Assembly: GCF_009914755.1 (NCBI RefSeq)
Contig: NC_060933.1
DNA: 64,000 nt
Direction: 5' to 3' (one strand)
From: the human T2T-CHM13v2.0 reference genome, Homo sapiens
Shown piece after piece: positions 41,194 through 55,140 of this stretch. How positions within the stretch are numbered: the first letter of the stretch is position 1; each line of letters begins with the position of its first letter. The notes under the pieces are model-generated. The model was not told where the DNA came from. It ran no database searches and saw only the letters and a list, made by a program, of their open reading frames with translations. The translations under genes and the position numbers were made by a program.

Positions 41194-41444
41194 TAGAGAA
41201 AAAATAATCATATAAAATGCTTACTGAAAACCGCAAAAGGCAGAAAGAGTAGAAGACAAAAATAGGAACAAAAAACAAGGATAGCAAATAGCAAACAGTA
41301 ACAAATATAGTAGATATTAATCCAACTATATGAATAATCACTGGTCTAGATGCACCAATCAAAAGAGAATGCCAGAGTGGATCAAAAAACAAGAGCCAAG
41401 TGTATGTTGCCCACGAGACACACAGAATAAAAGTAAAAGATTTA

Positions 41445-41557
41445 ATCCTTTTGGGGTTCATAAGCGTGATGACTGGGTTTTTGACACTCATGTGTGAGAT
41501 GCACTTCTCTCAAACCTTTTTGCAATGTTGGCATACTATCATACCTGCTTGATGTGG
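41445..41557 (+). pseudogene. Retroposed U13 (SNORD13) snoRNA pseudogene
   Basis: ATCCTTTTGGGGTTCATAAGCGTGATGACTGGGT...TGTGTGAGATG matches U13 (AUCCUUUUGUAGUUCAUGAGCGUGAUGAUUGGGU...). Short poly-A. TSD AAAAGTAAA[A/G]GATTT at 41429-41443 and 41562-41576. Confidence 0.9.
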
Positions 41558-44500
41558 AAAAAAAAGTAAAGGATTTGAGAAAGATATACCATGCTAACAC
41601 TAATAAAAAGAAAGGGACAGTAGCCATATTAATTTGAGGCACAGCCAATTTTATAACAAGTAAAATTATCAGGAATAAATGGGGTATTGCATAGTAATAT
41701 AGGGGGTTAATTCTGTAAGATAATGTAACAATCCTTAATGAATATACATCCAACAACAGAACATGAAAATACATGAGTCAAAAACTGATAGATTTCAAAG
41801 AGAAATAGATTAATTCGCTATTACGTTTAGAGACTTCAACATGACTCTGTTAAAAATGAATAGATCAAGCAGGTAAAGTACTACTAAGGTCGTAGCTGAA
41901 TTCAACAACTGGATGTTAATCAACTGGATATAACTTACATCTATAGACTTCTTCATCCCACAACAGCCAGTTACACATTTTCCTCAAGTTTACATGAAAC
42001 ATTTACCAAGATAGACCAAATTTTTAGCCATAAAACACACTTTAACAAATTTAAAATAATAGAAATTATACAGTGTCTGCTCTCAGACCACAAGAGAAAT
42101 AAACTAGAAATAAATTTCTTTTTTTTCCAGAAAGACAGCTGGAAAATCCCCCCAAATACTTGGAGATTAAATAATACATGTATAAATAATACATGAGTCA
42201 AAGAAGAAATTTTAAGATACATTTTTAAAATTTTTAAGCTGAATGAAAATGAAAACAAAACATTAAAAATTTCTGAGATGCAGTGAAAATAGTGCTTAGA
42301 GGGAAAGTTATAGCATCAAACATATATACTAGAAAAGAAGAACGATCTAACATCAGTACTCTATGCTTTTACCTTAGGAAACTATAAAGAAAAGAGCAAA
42401 TTAAATTCAAAGTAAGCATAAAAAAGAAATGCTAAAACTTAGAACAGAAATTAATAAAATTATAAATAGAAAATTAATAGAGAAAGCCAACAGGACCAAA
42501 ACCTGGTTTATTGAAAATATCAATAAAATTAATAAGCCTCTATCCAGGCTAACTAAGAAAAAAAGAGAGAGGATACAGATTAAGAGAAAGAAAAGAGAGA
42601 CTATCACTATGGATTCCATGACATTGAAAGGAAAATAAAAGAATATTATGAACAACTGTATGCCCACAAATTTGATAACCTATTAGATGAAATGCAACAA
42701 TTCCTCGATAGACAAAATCTGCCAAAACTCACACGAAAAGAAATAGATTATCTGAATAGACATATATCTATTAAAGAAATTAAATCAATAATTAATAATC
42801 TTTCAAAACAGAGACCACTGGGTCTAGATGGGTTCACTGGTAAATTCTACCAAACCTTTAAAGGAGAAATTATACCAATCTACAATCTCCTTCAGAAGAT
42901 AGAAGAAGAAGGAATACTTTCTAACCCATTCTATGAGGCCAACATTGCCCTAATAAGAACAAAAAAGAAAAAGACATCAAAATAAAACTACACACCAATA
43001 TCTCTCATGAAAATAAATGCAAAGATTCTCAACATAATATTATCAAGTAGAATCCAAAGATGTATTTTAAAAATTATAAACCACTACCAAGTGGGATTTA
43101 TTCCAGGTATGCAAGCCTGGTAAAACATTTGAAAATCAGTTAATGTAAGCCATTGTATCAATAGGCTAAAGAAGAAAAAAAATGTGATTATATCAATAGA
43201 TGCAGAAAAAGCATTTATCAAAATCTAACATCTATTACTGATGATAAAAAAATTTCAGCAAACTAGGAATAACGGGGAACTTCCATAACTTGATTAAAAA
43301 CACTTAGAAAACATACAGCTAACATTATACTTAATTATAAGAAACTTCAAGCTTTTTCAGTAAGACCAGCAACAAGGCAAGGATGTCTCCTCTCACACTC
43401 CTTTTCAATATCGTACTAGAAGTTCTAGCTGATACAATAAGACAAGAAAAGGAAATAAAATATATGCAGATGGGGAAGGAAGAAATAAAACTGTCTCTGT
43501 TTACAGATGACATGATTATTTATTTGGAAAATTAAAAACTAATTCAAAACTCTCTTGGAACTGATAAGTGATTATAGAAAGTTTGCAGGATATAAAGTTA
43601 ATATACAAAAGTCAATCACTTTTCTACATACCAGTAATGAATAAGTGAAATTTGAAATTAAAAGCACAATAATATTTACATTAGCACCCCCGAAGTTAAA
43701 TACTTAGATATAAATCTATTACAGTATGTACAAAATCTACATGAGAAACTAAAAAATTTGATGAAAAAAGTCCAAGAAGAACTAATTAAATGGAGAGATA
43801 TTTCATATTCATGAATAGGAAGGCTGATATCATCCAGATGTCAATACTTGTCAACTCGATGTATAGGTTCAATGCAATCTTAATGAAAATCCCAGCACAT
43901 TAATTTGTACATGTAAACAAACTGTAAAGTTTACATGGAAAGGAAAAAAAATCCAGAATAGCCAACACAGCATTGAAGGAGAAGAGCAGAGTTGGATAAC
44001 TAGTACTACCTGCCTTCAAGACTTATTATTATATAAAGTTACAATAATCAAGAGAGTGTGGTATTGGCAAAAGAAAAGGTCAATGGAACTGAATAGAGAG
44101 CCCAGAAATAGACCCATGTAAATGCATTCAACTTATCTTTGACAAAAAAGCAAAGAAAATATAACGGAGAAAAAAAATTCTGTCAGCAAATGGTGCTGTA
44201 ATAGATGGGCACATGAGAGAAGGAAAGGAAAGAGGCGAGGAAAGGGGAGGGGAGGGCAGGGGAGAGGAGGGAACAGTCTAGGCACAGACTTTACACACTT
44301 CCTAAAAATTAACTCAATTGGATCCCAGACCTAAATGTAAAACACAAAACTATAAAATCCCTAGGAGATAACATAGAAGAAATTCCAGATAACTTTGGGG
44401 TGGGCAATGGCTTTTTACATATGACACCAAAGACACTATCTATGAAAGAAATAATTGATAAGCTGAACATGATTAAAATGAAAAATCCCTGCTCTACAAA

Positions 44501-46604
44501 AGACACTTTCAAGAGAATGAAAAGACAAATTATGAACTGGGAGAAAATATCTGATAAAGAACTGTTATCCAAAATATGCAAAGAACTTTTAAGACCTAAC
44601 AATAAGAAAACAAACAACTCAATTAAAAAAGGGACCAAGGACCTCAACAGATACCTCCCCAAAGAAGACATACAGATGTAAAATAAGCATATGAAAAGAT
44701 GTTTTGCATTATGTCATCAGGGAAATGAAAATTAAAACAACAGTGAGATACTACTACACACTGATTAGAACGGCAAAAATCCAGAACACTAACACCACCA
44801 AATTGTGGTGAGGTTGTGAATAAAGAGGAAGACTCATTTATTGCTGGTGGGACTGTGAAATGGCACAGCCACTTTGGAAGACAGTTTGGCAGTTTCTTAC
44901 AAAACTAAACAAACTGTTGCTATATGGTGTAGCAATAATGTTTCTTGTTATTTTCCTAAAGCAGCTGAAAACTTATGTCCATAAAAGCCTGTACTGAGAC
45001 ATTTATAGCAGTTTTATTTATAATTATTAAAACCTGAACAACTAAGTTGTCCTTCAGTATGTAAATGAATAAATAAACTGTGGTACATTTAGACAATAGA
45101 ATATTATTCAGAACTAAAAAGAAATGAGCTATCAAGTCAAGAAAAATCATGAAAGAAACTTAATTGCATATTACTAAGCACCAATCTTAATAAGCTACAT
45201 ATTGTATGATTCCAAATATATGGCATTCTGGAAAAGACAAAATTATGGAAACAATAAAAAGATCAGTGGTTGCCAGGGATTAGAGTAGAGATAGAATTAT
45301 CACTGCAGAAACTTAAAAAATGTTTTAATGAAGAGACTATTATAAACAACTTGGTGCCAACAAATTTGACAACTTAGAAGAAACAAGAACAAATTTCTTG
45401 AAGAATCCAATTTACAAAATTAACACAAGATGAAACAGAAAATCTGAATAACCTTCCATCAATTAACTCAATTGAATTCATTATCAGAAACCTTTTTGAC
45501 CAAGAAATCTCCAGGCCCATAGGGTTTCACTTAAGAAGTGTATAAAATATTCAAGGAAAAATAATACCAATCTTACACAAAAATCTTTTAGAAAATAGAT
45601 GGATATGAAACTTTTCACAGCTTATTTTATAAGGCCAGTAGAACCCTAGCACTAAAACCTGACAAAGACATTACAAAATAATAATAATAATAAATAATAA
45701 TAGACCAATAAACACACAAACCCTTTAAACATAAGCAAATCAATATTTATAATTTATACAATACATGAAGGGATAACACATCATAACTTGGTAAGATTTA
45801 TCTAAGATAAGCAAAAATCAATTTAATCTACCATAGTGACAAAATAAACGGGAAAAAACATATGCTCATTTTAATAGCTTCAGAAAAAGCATTCATCAAA
45901 ATGCAATCTTCATTCATTATAAATATTCTCACCAAGCTAGGAATACTAGGGAATTTTCTCAGTCTGATAAATGGCATTTACAAAACTATAGCCAATTCAT
46001 ACTTTATGTAGAAAATCTAAATTCTTCTCTTGTAAAACTGGGAACACAGCAAGAATACTTATTGCAGTAATACCTACATAACATTGTACTGGGGTTTCTA
46101 ACCATTGTAATAAAGCAATAAGGCATAAAGAGCTGAGAAGAGAAGTAAAACTATCTTTATTTGTATACAGTGTGATTGTTTACATAGAAAATCCAAATTA
46201 ATGTATGAAATAATTACCAAGACTAACAAATGAGGACTAATAACCTTAGCAAGCTTACAGGATACAAAGTTAATATTTAGTACTAATATGTGAATTTAGC
46301 AAGGTTAGAAGATATAAGGTTAATATGCAGAAATCAATGTTTTTATATACTAGTAGCAAAAAATAGAAAATTAAATTTAAAAAATTATTTACAATAGCGT
46401 AGAAAAACACAAAATATTTCATAGTAAATTGAACAAGATGTGAAAGACCTCTACACTGAAAATTAGAAAGCACTGCTGAACAAAATTAAATAAACCAAAA
46501 TAAATAAAAAGATATACTATGTTGATGGATTGGAAGACTTAATATTGTTAAATGTCAAATTACCCTACTTGATCTATAAATTCAACTCAATCTCAATTAA
46601 TACT

Positions 46605-47107
46605 TGTGATGATTGATTTTATGTGTAAGCTTGACTTGGTTAAGAGATACCCTGATAGCTGGTAAAACAGTATTCTGGGTGTGTCTATGAAAATATTTCT
46701 GAGAGAGATTTGCATTTGAATCAGTTGACTGAGTAAAGTTCTACCCTAACCAACGTGGGTGGGCATTGGCCAATCACTGAGGGCTCAGATAGAACAAAAA
46801 GGCAGAGAAACGGCAAAATTTTTTCTCTCTTTTTGAGTTATTCTTTCCTGGGACATTAGAGATCCTGGGGCCTTCAGATTCTGGAACTTACACCAGCCCC
46901 TCATCTTCTACACTCACCATCCTCTGGGTTATCAGACCTGTGGCCTTGTACTGAATTACAACACCCTCTTTCCTGGTCCTCCAGCTTTCAGGCAGCATAA
47001 GACTTCCGAGCTTTCAGAATTATGTAAGCCAATTCCTGTAATAAATCTCTTCTTCATATCTATGTACATCTTATTGGTTCTGTTTCTCTAGAGAACCCTC
47101 ACAAAAT
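46605..47107 (+). mobile_element. MLT2 (ERVL) solo LTR
   Basis: TGTGATGATTGATTTTATGTGTAAGCTTGACT...TATTGGTTCTGTTTCTCTAGAGAACCCT. Confidence 0.88.
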
Positions 47108-47215
47108 AACTCAATAATTTTTTGAAGATATTGACAAAGATTTCTAAAATGTATATGAAAATGCAAATGATTAGAATTGCCAAAGACAAATTTAAAACTG
47201 AAAGAAGCTGGAAGA

Positions 47216-47596
47216 TGTATTAGTCCATTTTCACACTTCTTTAAAGACATACCCAAGACTAAGTCATTTATAAAAGAAACAGATTTAATAGACTCACAGT
47301 TCTGCACAGCTGAGGAGGCCTCAAGAAACTTACAATCATGGCGGAAAGTGAAAGAGAAGAAAAGGCACATCTTACATGGGGGCAGGCAAGAGAGAATGTA
47401 TGAGTGAAGGGAGAAGAGCCCCTTATAAAACCCTCAGATCTCCTGAGAACTCACTCACTCTCAAGAGAACAGCAGGGGGGATACTGCCCCCATGATCCAA
47501 TCACCTCCCACCAGTTCCCGCCCTTGACACAGGGGGATTATGGGAATTACAATTCAAGTTGAGATTTGGGTAGGGACACAGAGCCAAACCATATCC
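47216..47596 (-). mobile_element. THE1D-like solo LTR
   Basis: TGTATTAGTCCATTTTCACAC...GAGATTTGGGTAGGGACACAGAGCCAAACCATATC. TSD GAAGA/TAAGA. Confidence 0.9.
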
Positions 47597-49031
47597 TAAG
47601 ACTTATATAAGCTGACTGTAAGATTTATTATTAAGCTACAGTAACTAAGACAGTATGGTTTTGGCAAAAAGATAAACATACACATCAGTGGAAGAGAATA
47701 CAGAGTCCAGAAAGTGAAACCTGTGTTTCATGATGAATTAACTTTTAACAGAGACACCAAGACAATTTAAGAGGGGAAATGATAGTCTTTTCAACAAAAG
47801 ATACTGGAATAATAAGACTATCTATATGGGGAAAATGAACACTGACTCTTGCCTTACCTCACACTACAAACAGTAATTAAGTTGAAATGGAACACAGACC
47901 CAGAAGTAAGAAATAAAGCTATAAAACATTTGGAAGAAAACACAAAAGAAAATACTTAAGACTTTTACATAGGCAAATATTTCTTAGCTAGAATAAAAAC
48001 AACAGGAATCATAAGAGAAAAAAAATTGAGAAGTTAGACTTTAACAAAATTAAGAACTTTTGCTCTTTGGAAGACATCAAAAAGTGAAATGGCAAGTCAA
48101 AAATGTGGAGAAAATATTGCAATACTTATATTTGACCAAGGGCTTTTATCTAGACTATATAAAGAATTTTTACATTAAGAATAGGAACAGCCCAATAAAA
48201 TATAAGAAAAATATTTAAACAGACACTTAATAAAAGAAGATATAAGAATGGCTGATAACCACATGAAAAGATGCCCAACATCATGAGTCATCAGGGAAAT
48301 GAAAATCCAAACCGCAATGAGATATCACTACTCACCTACCCATGGAATAACTAAAATTTAAAAAAGGTTGATAATAGGAAGTATGGGTAATGATGTAGAC
48401 AACTGGAATTCTCATATGCTACTGTTGGGAATGTGAAATAATACAGCCCCTTTGGAAAAAAAGCCAGCAGTTCCTTAAAAAGTAAAACATGCACTTACCA
48501 AACAACCCAACCATTCCATTCCTTTACCTTACAGAAAACATATGCCCACAAAAAGACTTGATCACAAATGTTCATAAAAGCTTTATTTCTAATTGTCAAA
48601 ACCAACCTCTGCATCTACTTAAAATGTAGAATGCTACGAAGAACATCTCTTTTAACCTAACAATGAGAAAAGGTTAAATAAAAATCATAACACTTCTGGA
48701 GCCCATTGGAGAGCTAAGGTTGCAAGACAACCAGTGAACTGATTTTAAAGGACAAGCACTTTTGCAGAGAGATAAACACATGAACCATTTCACTTTTAGC
48801 AGAGGATGGGAGAAAGAGGTGGCTTTCATACAAGCCGACTTTATCAACAATCCGCTAGAATTTTCCCAAATACTTAAATGTCATGTGCAGGCTAGAGTGG
48901 CAATTAAAAATAGGTAGTGGCCTTCCTTTCAGGTTTTTCAAGATAAAATGAATAAGTTCATGAGACCTATACACTCTCTCATCTGTCCGCAAAGTTCAGA
49001 TCTTCTGGCCCTCATCTCCTCATCACTTTCT

Positions 49032-49703
49032 TTTTTTTTTTAAATTTTTTATTTATTATTATACTTTAAGTTTTAGGGTACATGTGCACAATGTGCAGGT
49101 TAGTTACATATGTATACATGTGCCATGCTGGTGCGCTGCACCCACTAACTCGTCATCTAGCATTTATCTCCCAGTGCTATCCCTCCCCCCTCCCCTCACC
49201 CCACAACAGTCCCCAGAGTGTGATGTTCCCCTTCCTGTGTCCATGTGTTCTCATTGTTCAATTCCCACCTATGAGTGAGAATATGCGGTGTTTGGTTTTT
49301 TGTTCTTGCGATAGTTTACTGAGAATGATGATTTCCAATTTCATCCATGTTCCTACAAAGGACATGAACTCATCATTTTTTATGGCTGCATAGTATTCCA
49401 TGGTGTATATGTGCCACATTTTCTTAATCCAGTCTATCATTGTTGGACATTTGAAACAGGTGCTGGAGAGGATGTGGAGAAATAGGAACACTTTTACACT
49501 GTTGGTGGGACTGTAAACTAGTTCAACCACTGTGGAAGTCAGTGTGGCGATTCCTCAGGGATCTAGAACTAGAAATACCATTTGACCCAGCCATCCCATT
49601 ACTGGGTATATACCCAAAGGACTATAAATCATGCTGCTATAAAGACACATGCACACGTATGTTTATTGCGGCATTATTCACAATAGCAAAGACTTGGAAC
49701 CAA
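49032..49703 (-). mobile_element. Young L1PA2-like insertion with 5' inversion
   Basis: Antisense 3' UTR with poly-T (49032-49453), then a sense ORF2-end piece (49454-49703). TSD TCCTC[A/G]TCACTTTCT at 49017-49031 and 49704-49718. GAG (not ACA/ACG) at the diagnostic 3' UTR site. Confidence 0.95.
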
Positions 49704-50324
49704 TCCTCGTCACTTTCTATTACTCCTTGTTGTGTTTAGAAGACTGTAGTCAGTTTTTTTCCCACCCTGGAAGGTAGCTGCCTGACACAGTTGGCATGCT
49801 GCCAAGCCTCTTTTTAGGTTCTTAATAAAGAAGGCTTTCTCTGTTCTCTTGCCTCCTGGTTACCCCGAAATTTAGGCACATATTTCAGTGACAGTTTCCT
49901 CCAAGACAGATAGTTTTTACTGGAGACATTCTAGATCCCTAGCACTAAAATCCTTAACATAAATTCTTTGGTTTCACTCCTTATACCAAAATGGGTCATC
50001 TGTAGTAGAAAGACATTTCACTCTCCAAAGTTGAGATTCTCTTCCTTCAGAATACAGTAAACACACTTGATAAAAACAAAACTGTTTTTAAACAAGCTTG
50101 TACAACTTCTCTCAAATTTAGTTTCCCAATTATGTTCCAAACATTCGAAATTCAATTAAAAGTTTCTTTTCTTCAAAGACCATTTCCCAAATGATTCAAA
50201 GAGCCTTTTTCCATATTTAATTCTATGAATACACCAACATGCATTAGTATTAGTGTTGTCTGCTTTAATTGATAAGCTCCCTGAAGAAAGAAAAACATTC
50301 TGTTTAATTTACATATTCTTTATT

Positions 50325-50550
50325 TAGGGAAGAGATTTAAAAAAAGACGAGGATGGGAGTTGGAGGAGGAAGAGGGAGAGAAAGAAGAGGAGAAGCAATA
50401 AAGAAGAAGGAAGAAATGAAAGAGAAGAAAGGAAGGAAGGGAAGGAGGAAACAAGAGATAGAGGGTGAGAGGAAGGAAGGAAAGGAGGAAGGGAAGAAAG
50501 GAGAGAGGAAGGGGAGGAGGAGGAGAAGGAGTTGGGGAAAGAGAAGAACA
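50325..50550. repeat. GA-rich low-complexity tract
   Basis: Near-pure purine tract built from GGAA/GAG units. Confidence 0.9.
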
Positions 50551-53500
50551 AGTTGCTTCCAGACTGGAGAAGGACAGAAATGTTTCAAGTAGTCACTCTG
50601 AGCAGTGTTTACAAATGCCCTAGTAAGAAGGAATTAAAAGTCTGCATGAGAGTTATATATTATTTCAGTCTGATTTTCTAAATATTTTCTAAATATTTAT
50701 GTTGACATCAAAAACTGTTCACATGAAGATCTCCTACACTGCAATATATGTTGTAAAAATCCAATTAAGTTCTTTCTGTAATTTTCATGAATGAGGTTCA
50801 ATGCTTATATCATGTGGTGGTGATGTTAATTTTATACAGTCAATGATTCTTTCCAATGCAGTGCTTTCTCCTTTAATAGTGATCGGTGACATGAAAACTC
50901 AAAATTGAGTGCTGGTACCTGGGACTATTCCCTGTAGTGCTGGTGATACTGATACTCACTGCTCCCCTTCATGGCTTGGGGAATTCAGCTCAAAAGACTT
51001 CCAGAATGAGATGTGAAGGAGACATGCCTGAGCAAAGTGTAGGTGCTAGCCTCAGGATTCACAGCTGAAGGTCAAGAAAGTGATGGCTATTTAGTTTGCT
51101 GGAGTGTGGGAAATCCTAGGCTTTAAGAGATTAAGCAGATTAGCAAATAGGGGCAACTTCTGAACCTGTGCTCTAAGGTTTCCATGGAAAATTCCATAGA
51201 AATTTTAAGGAAATTTCTCCAGGACACTTCAGATATGAAGCTCTGTTAGAGCCCTTTCTCTGGATTTGTTCTGGAAAGATATGCAGTCATATCAGCATCC
51301 TGGTGTGGATTTGCATTTTCACCCTGGTTCTGTCTTTTCATCGCTCTGCCATTAAGACCACTCTGTAGGCAAGGGTGGGAAGAGCAGAGTTGTAGAAAGT
51401 CACATGTAGCCACTATGCCTCATGAAGTTCTGGAAAGTTACCAGGCCTGGTTTAAGTGCTTTCACAATCCAGAAGGAGAAATGAGGCAGTAGACTATAGC
51501 CTGCATAATATCACATGGTCCTCCTGACATCACATGAGAAGCCGAGAGCCAACTCAGCCAGTTTCTTTGTCCCTTCCTATTGTTCTCTCTCCCTTGTGTA
51601 ACATAGGAATTCCAGAACCCATCCCTACATCCATCTGGTGTGCCATGAGGAATTACCAATTATTAATTTCTGAAAATGGAGAACAATATAATAAAATGCC
51701 TGGGAAACCTGAATTATTTACGGTTTAATAATTTTGAGAGGTCCTTCAATAAGAAGATGCATTTAATCTGTTTTATTTTAGATATTTGTCCAGGCTCTAT
51801 AACATACATATTTATTAAGCATAAATTTATTGTGAAGTATCCTCTAGAGCAGAATTTATTCAAACATGGGACTCAAGGTATTACTTCTTTGTTACCACAC
51901 ATTTTTAGTTTTGCTTGAGGGAAGTAGAGTTGAATACATACCTAATATTTTGAACTGATAGAGTGCTTTGGAGAATGCAGAGCTTTCCTGATTTTACATT
52001 CTGGATTTAAAGGGTTCTAAATACAAACCTTAATAACACTCCTGGACATCAGCATAAGTAAGATAAAGTGAGTCTTTATTTAGTAACTGAAGCCCCATCA
52101 TTTGGGTTTGAGCAGCACTCTGCCAGTGACCTTCTGATATACTATAGTTTATTTTTAAATGTACAATGTGACATTAGATTTAAAATTAAAACTGTGATTG
52201 CATTACCCTATATATTTTCATACAGCGGAAACATAAAGAGGAACTTGCTCACCATGAGAGATATCCAAAGGTGAACACTGTTACAATGTTCCAGCTGTCA
52301 GAGGTGTGAGAGAGGTGGTGGGAATTTAAACCCCAGTGACACTGGTGGCTCATTTAAATTCTAAAATTAGATGACTGTTAATTTCAGGTTTATTTGATTC
52401 AAACATGAACATTACACTATTACACTATGAATGTTTATTTCACCACTGCCTTCAATATTTTCCACCCCAAACACCTCTGCTCTTCTCATCTGGCTGTCTT
52501 TGTCCATGGAGACTTTTGATTATGTATCTTTTCTTCTCCCCTTCATGTCTAGAGCTTTTATGTTCCTGCTCTAGTCCCCTGGTAGACAGACAAACCCAGA
52601 AATGACTAGCAGAAGCAGCAGGAAGTAAGGGACATAGGAGGTGGGCAGTAAATAAAATTTGCCTCTTTTAACTTTAAAGTTTATTGGGCTGGGAAACTGT
52701 TAGTAGGAAGGCTCTAAATGGGGTACCAGGACCTTGTAACTCTATTAGTCATTTATGAAATAGGCATAATTTCTGTCCTTCATGGAAGTAGTTTGTCTTC
52801 TGCAAGGTTTTCTTCTAAGCTTTTGTATTTTCACCTTTTCACAGGCACTTAGGGCTCTCATGCTGGTTTTTGGTGGTCCAACTTGTATTCACTGACAAAA
52901 CTATATCCCATTCCCTCAGAATTATTACCTGTAAAGCTAGCTCCCTAAAAAACTAATCCTAGCAATGAATATTCACAGTTACTGTGCTATTTTTTCTCAA
53001 AAAGAATATTATAATATTTTCTAAGTCGACCACAAGGGGATTCACTGGAATTTCTAAATTTCTTTGTGTTCCCATTAGCAGATGGGGCCTGGCTGGAGTA
53101 ACCATGGAGCCAGATGATACTTGATAAGGTATAGGGTAGAGAAAATTCCAGATGCAATGTAAGGAAAAGGGACACTGCATAAACCTCAATAGATTATGAG
53201 AAGAAATTGGAAAATTGGAAGTAGGGAAACAGATTATGAGACATGTTTGCCCTTAATTCCCCACCCCTGGCCACAGTCCTGGAGCAGATAATTATTTTAG
53301 ATGAATCAAGGGAAAATTCAACAGCAAAGAGGCTTTTGTTTCACTTCCACTTGTGAATGTGGAAGCAGAGAAGACAATACCACTTTGCCCTGCAGGGTCA
53401 GGGACTAGATGGAAGTTCCAGCCTTACCTCAAAGGACTTGCCATTTAAGAGCTAGGGAAAATTCCATTGAGCAAGTAGAGATGTCTGATATGAAGGAAAT

Positions 53501-53601
53501 AAATTTTGAGGTAAATGAGCAGTAGATAGTAAGAGGACAGTCTGGGGCAGGAGCAAGGTGTAAAAAACAATTGGAGATTAATAGTCAAGAGTTGATATGT
53601 C

Positions 53602-53953
<352 letters not shown>

Positions 53954-54215
53954 TCACCACCCACTGCTTTCTTCTAGATAACCCTAGATGGTTAGATGGT
54001 TGCTCGAGTTCCAGCCATTATGTCATGCATCCCAACTAGTGGGAGGAAGAATAAGGAGGGGAAATGTGCACCCATACCTTCTTAAGGAAATAATCTTTTG
54101 GGTAATAAACAGTATACTCAAATGAGGTAAGTGAACAGAATTTAATAAAAGGACTATTGACAATAGAATGAGCAGTTAAGAGAAAAATAACAAAGGATAG
54201 CCAGATACCTGGGAC

Positions 54216-54819
54216 CGTTACCAGAAAGGGGTCCTGATCCAGACCCCAAGAGAGGGTTGTTGGATCTCGCGCAAGAAAGAATTTGAAGTGAATTCATACA
54301 GTAAAATGAAAGCAAGTTTATTAAGAAAGTAAAGGAATAAATGAATGGCTACTCCATAGGCTGAGCAGCCCCCAGGGCTGCTGGTTACCCATTTTTGTGG
54401 TTATTTCTTGATTCTATACTAAACAAAGAGTGGATTATTCATGAGTTTTCTGGGAAAGGGGTGGGCAATTCCTGGAACTGAGGGGCTCTTCCCCTTTTTA
54501 GACCATATAGGGTAATTCACGGCATTGGTGGGAGTGTCTCTTAGCATGCTGATGTATTATAAATAGCGTATAATGAACTGTGAGGACAACCACAGGTCAC
54601 TGTAGTCACCATCTTGGTTTTGGTAGGTTTTGGCCGGCTTTTTCACTGCAATCTGTTTCATTAGCAAGGTCTTTATGACCTGTATCTTGTGCCAACCTCC
54701 TGTCTCATCCCGTGACTTAGAATGCCTAACTTACTGGGAACGTATCCCAGTAGGTCTCAGAATTATTTTACCCAGCACCTATTCAAGATGGAATTGCTCT
54801 GGTTCGAACATCTCTAACA
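54216..54819 (-). mobile_element. MER41B-like solo LTR (ERV1)
   Basis: GTTACCAGAAAGGGGTCCTGATCCAGACCCCAAGAGAGGG...TCAAGATGGAATTGCTCTGGTTC. TSD GGAC/TGAC. Confidence 0.9.
54448..54477. promoter_or_regulatory. Tandem GAS (STAT) motifs in MER41B
   Basis: TTCTGGGAA at 54448-54456 and TTCCTGGAA at 54469-54477, both matching TTCN3GAA. Confidence 0.6.
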
Positions 54820-55140
54820 TGACTATCAGTTGAGAGATGCATTACCACCACTAGGCCCAAAGAGACCAAGAAAGGAAGTAGTTATTGTAATCTACAGAGA
54901 GAGCTGTATCTGTAGGAGAGGGTGATTATTCAGGAGGCTCAGCTTTTAGTAAAGGAATGTACCATACCAACTCATAGCCTGGCACATGGAGAGAAGACAT
55001 TTTTCCAAGTGACTTTAAATTAAACTTTTTGAAAGTAAATCCCTAGTTAGAAATATCCTGGGAATAAAAAGAACTGCAAATAAATCATAAATGCATTCAA
55101 TAATCTTATAGTCAGTAATAGTTCAAATTCTCTCCCCTCC

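Larger units (their letters stand above)
39625..45290 (+). mobile_element. Long L1MC1/2-like element (ORF1, inter-ORF region, ORF2, partial 3' UTR)
   Basis: ORF1 remnants (EVKNAFDGL, TPRYIIFKLQKIKDKEKIL), ORF2 remnants (LGLDGFTGKFYQTFK) and an L1MC-type 3' UTR. Contains AluJ and U13 insertions. Confidence 0.9.
45300..48605 (+). mobile_element. Second old L1M ORF2/3' segment, interrupted by MLT2 and THE1
   Basis: AACAAATTTGACAACTTAG, CCAGGCCCATAGGGTTTCACT, ATCAGGGAAATGAAAATCCAAACCGCAATGAGATATCAC. Confidence 0.85.

Noticed and set aside
37705-45290. Opposed L1 segments as one twin-primed insertion
   Set aside because: The antisense part duplicates ORF2 sequence also present in the sense element, so they are independent insertions.
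50324-50592. Ser/Leu-rich and Glu/Lys/Arg-rich ORFs
   Set aside because: Translations of a GA-rich low-complexity tract.
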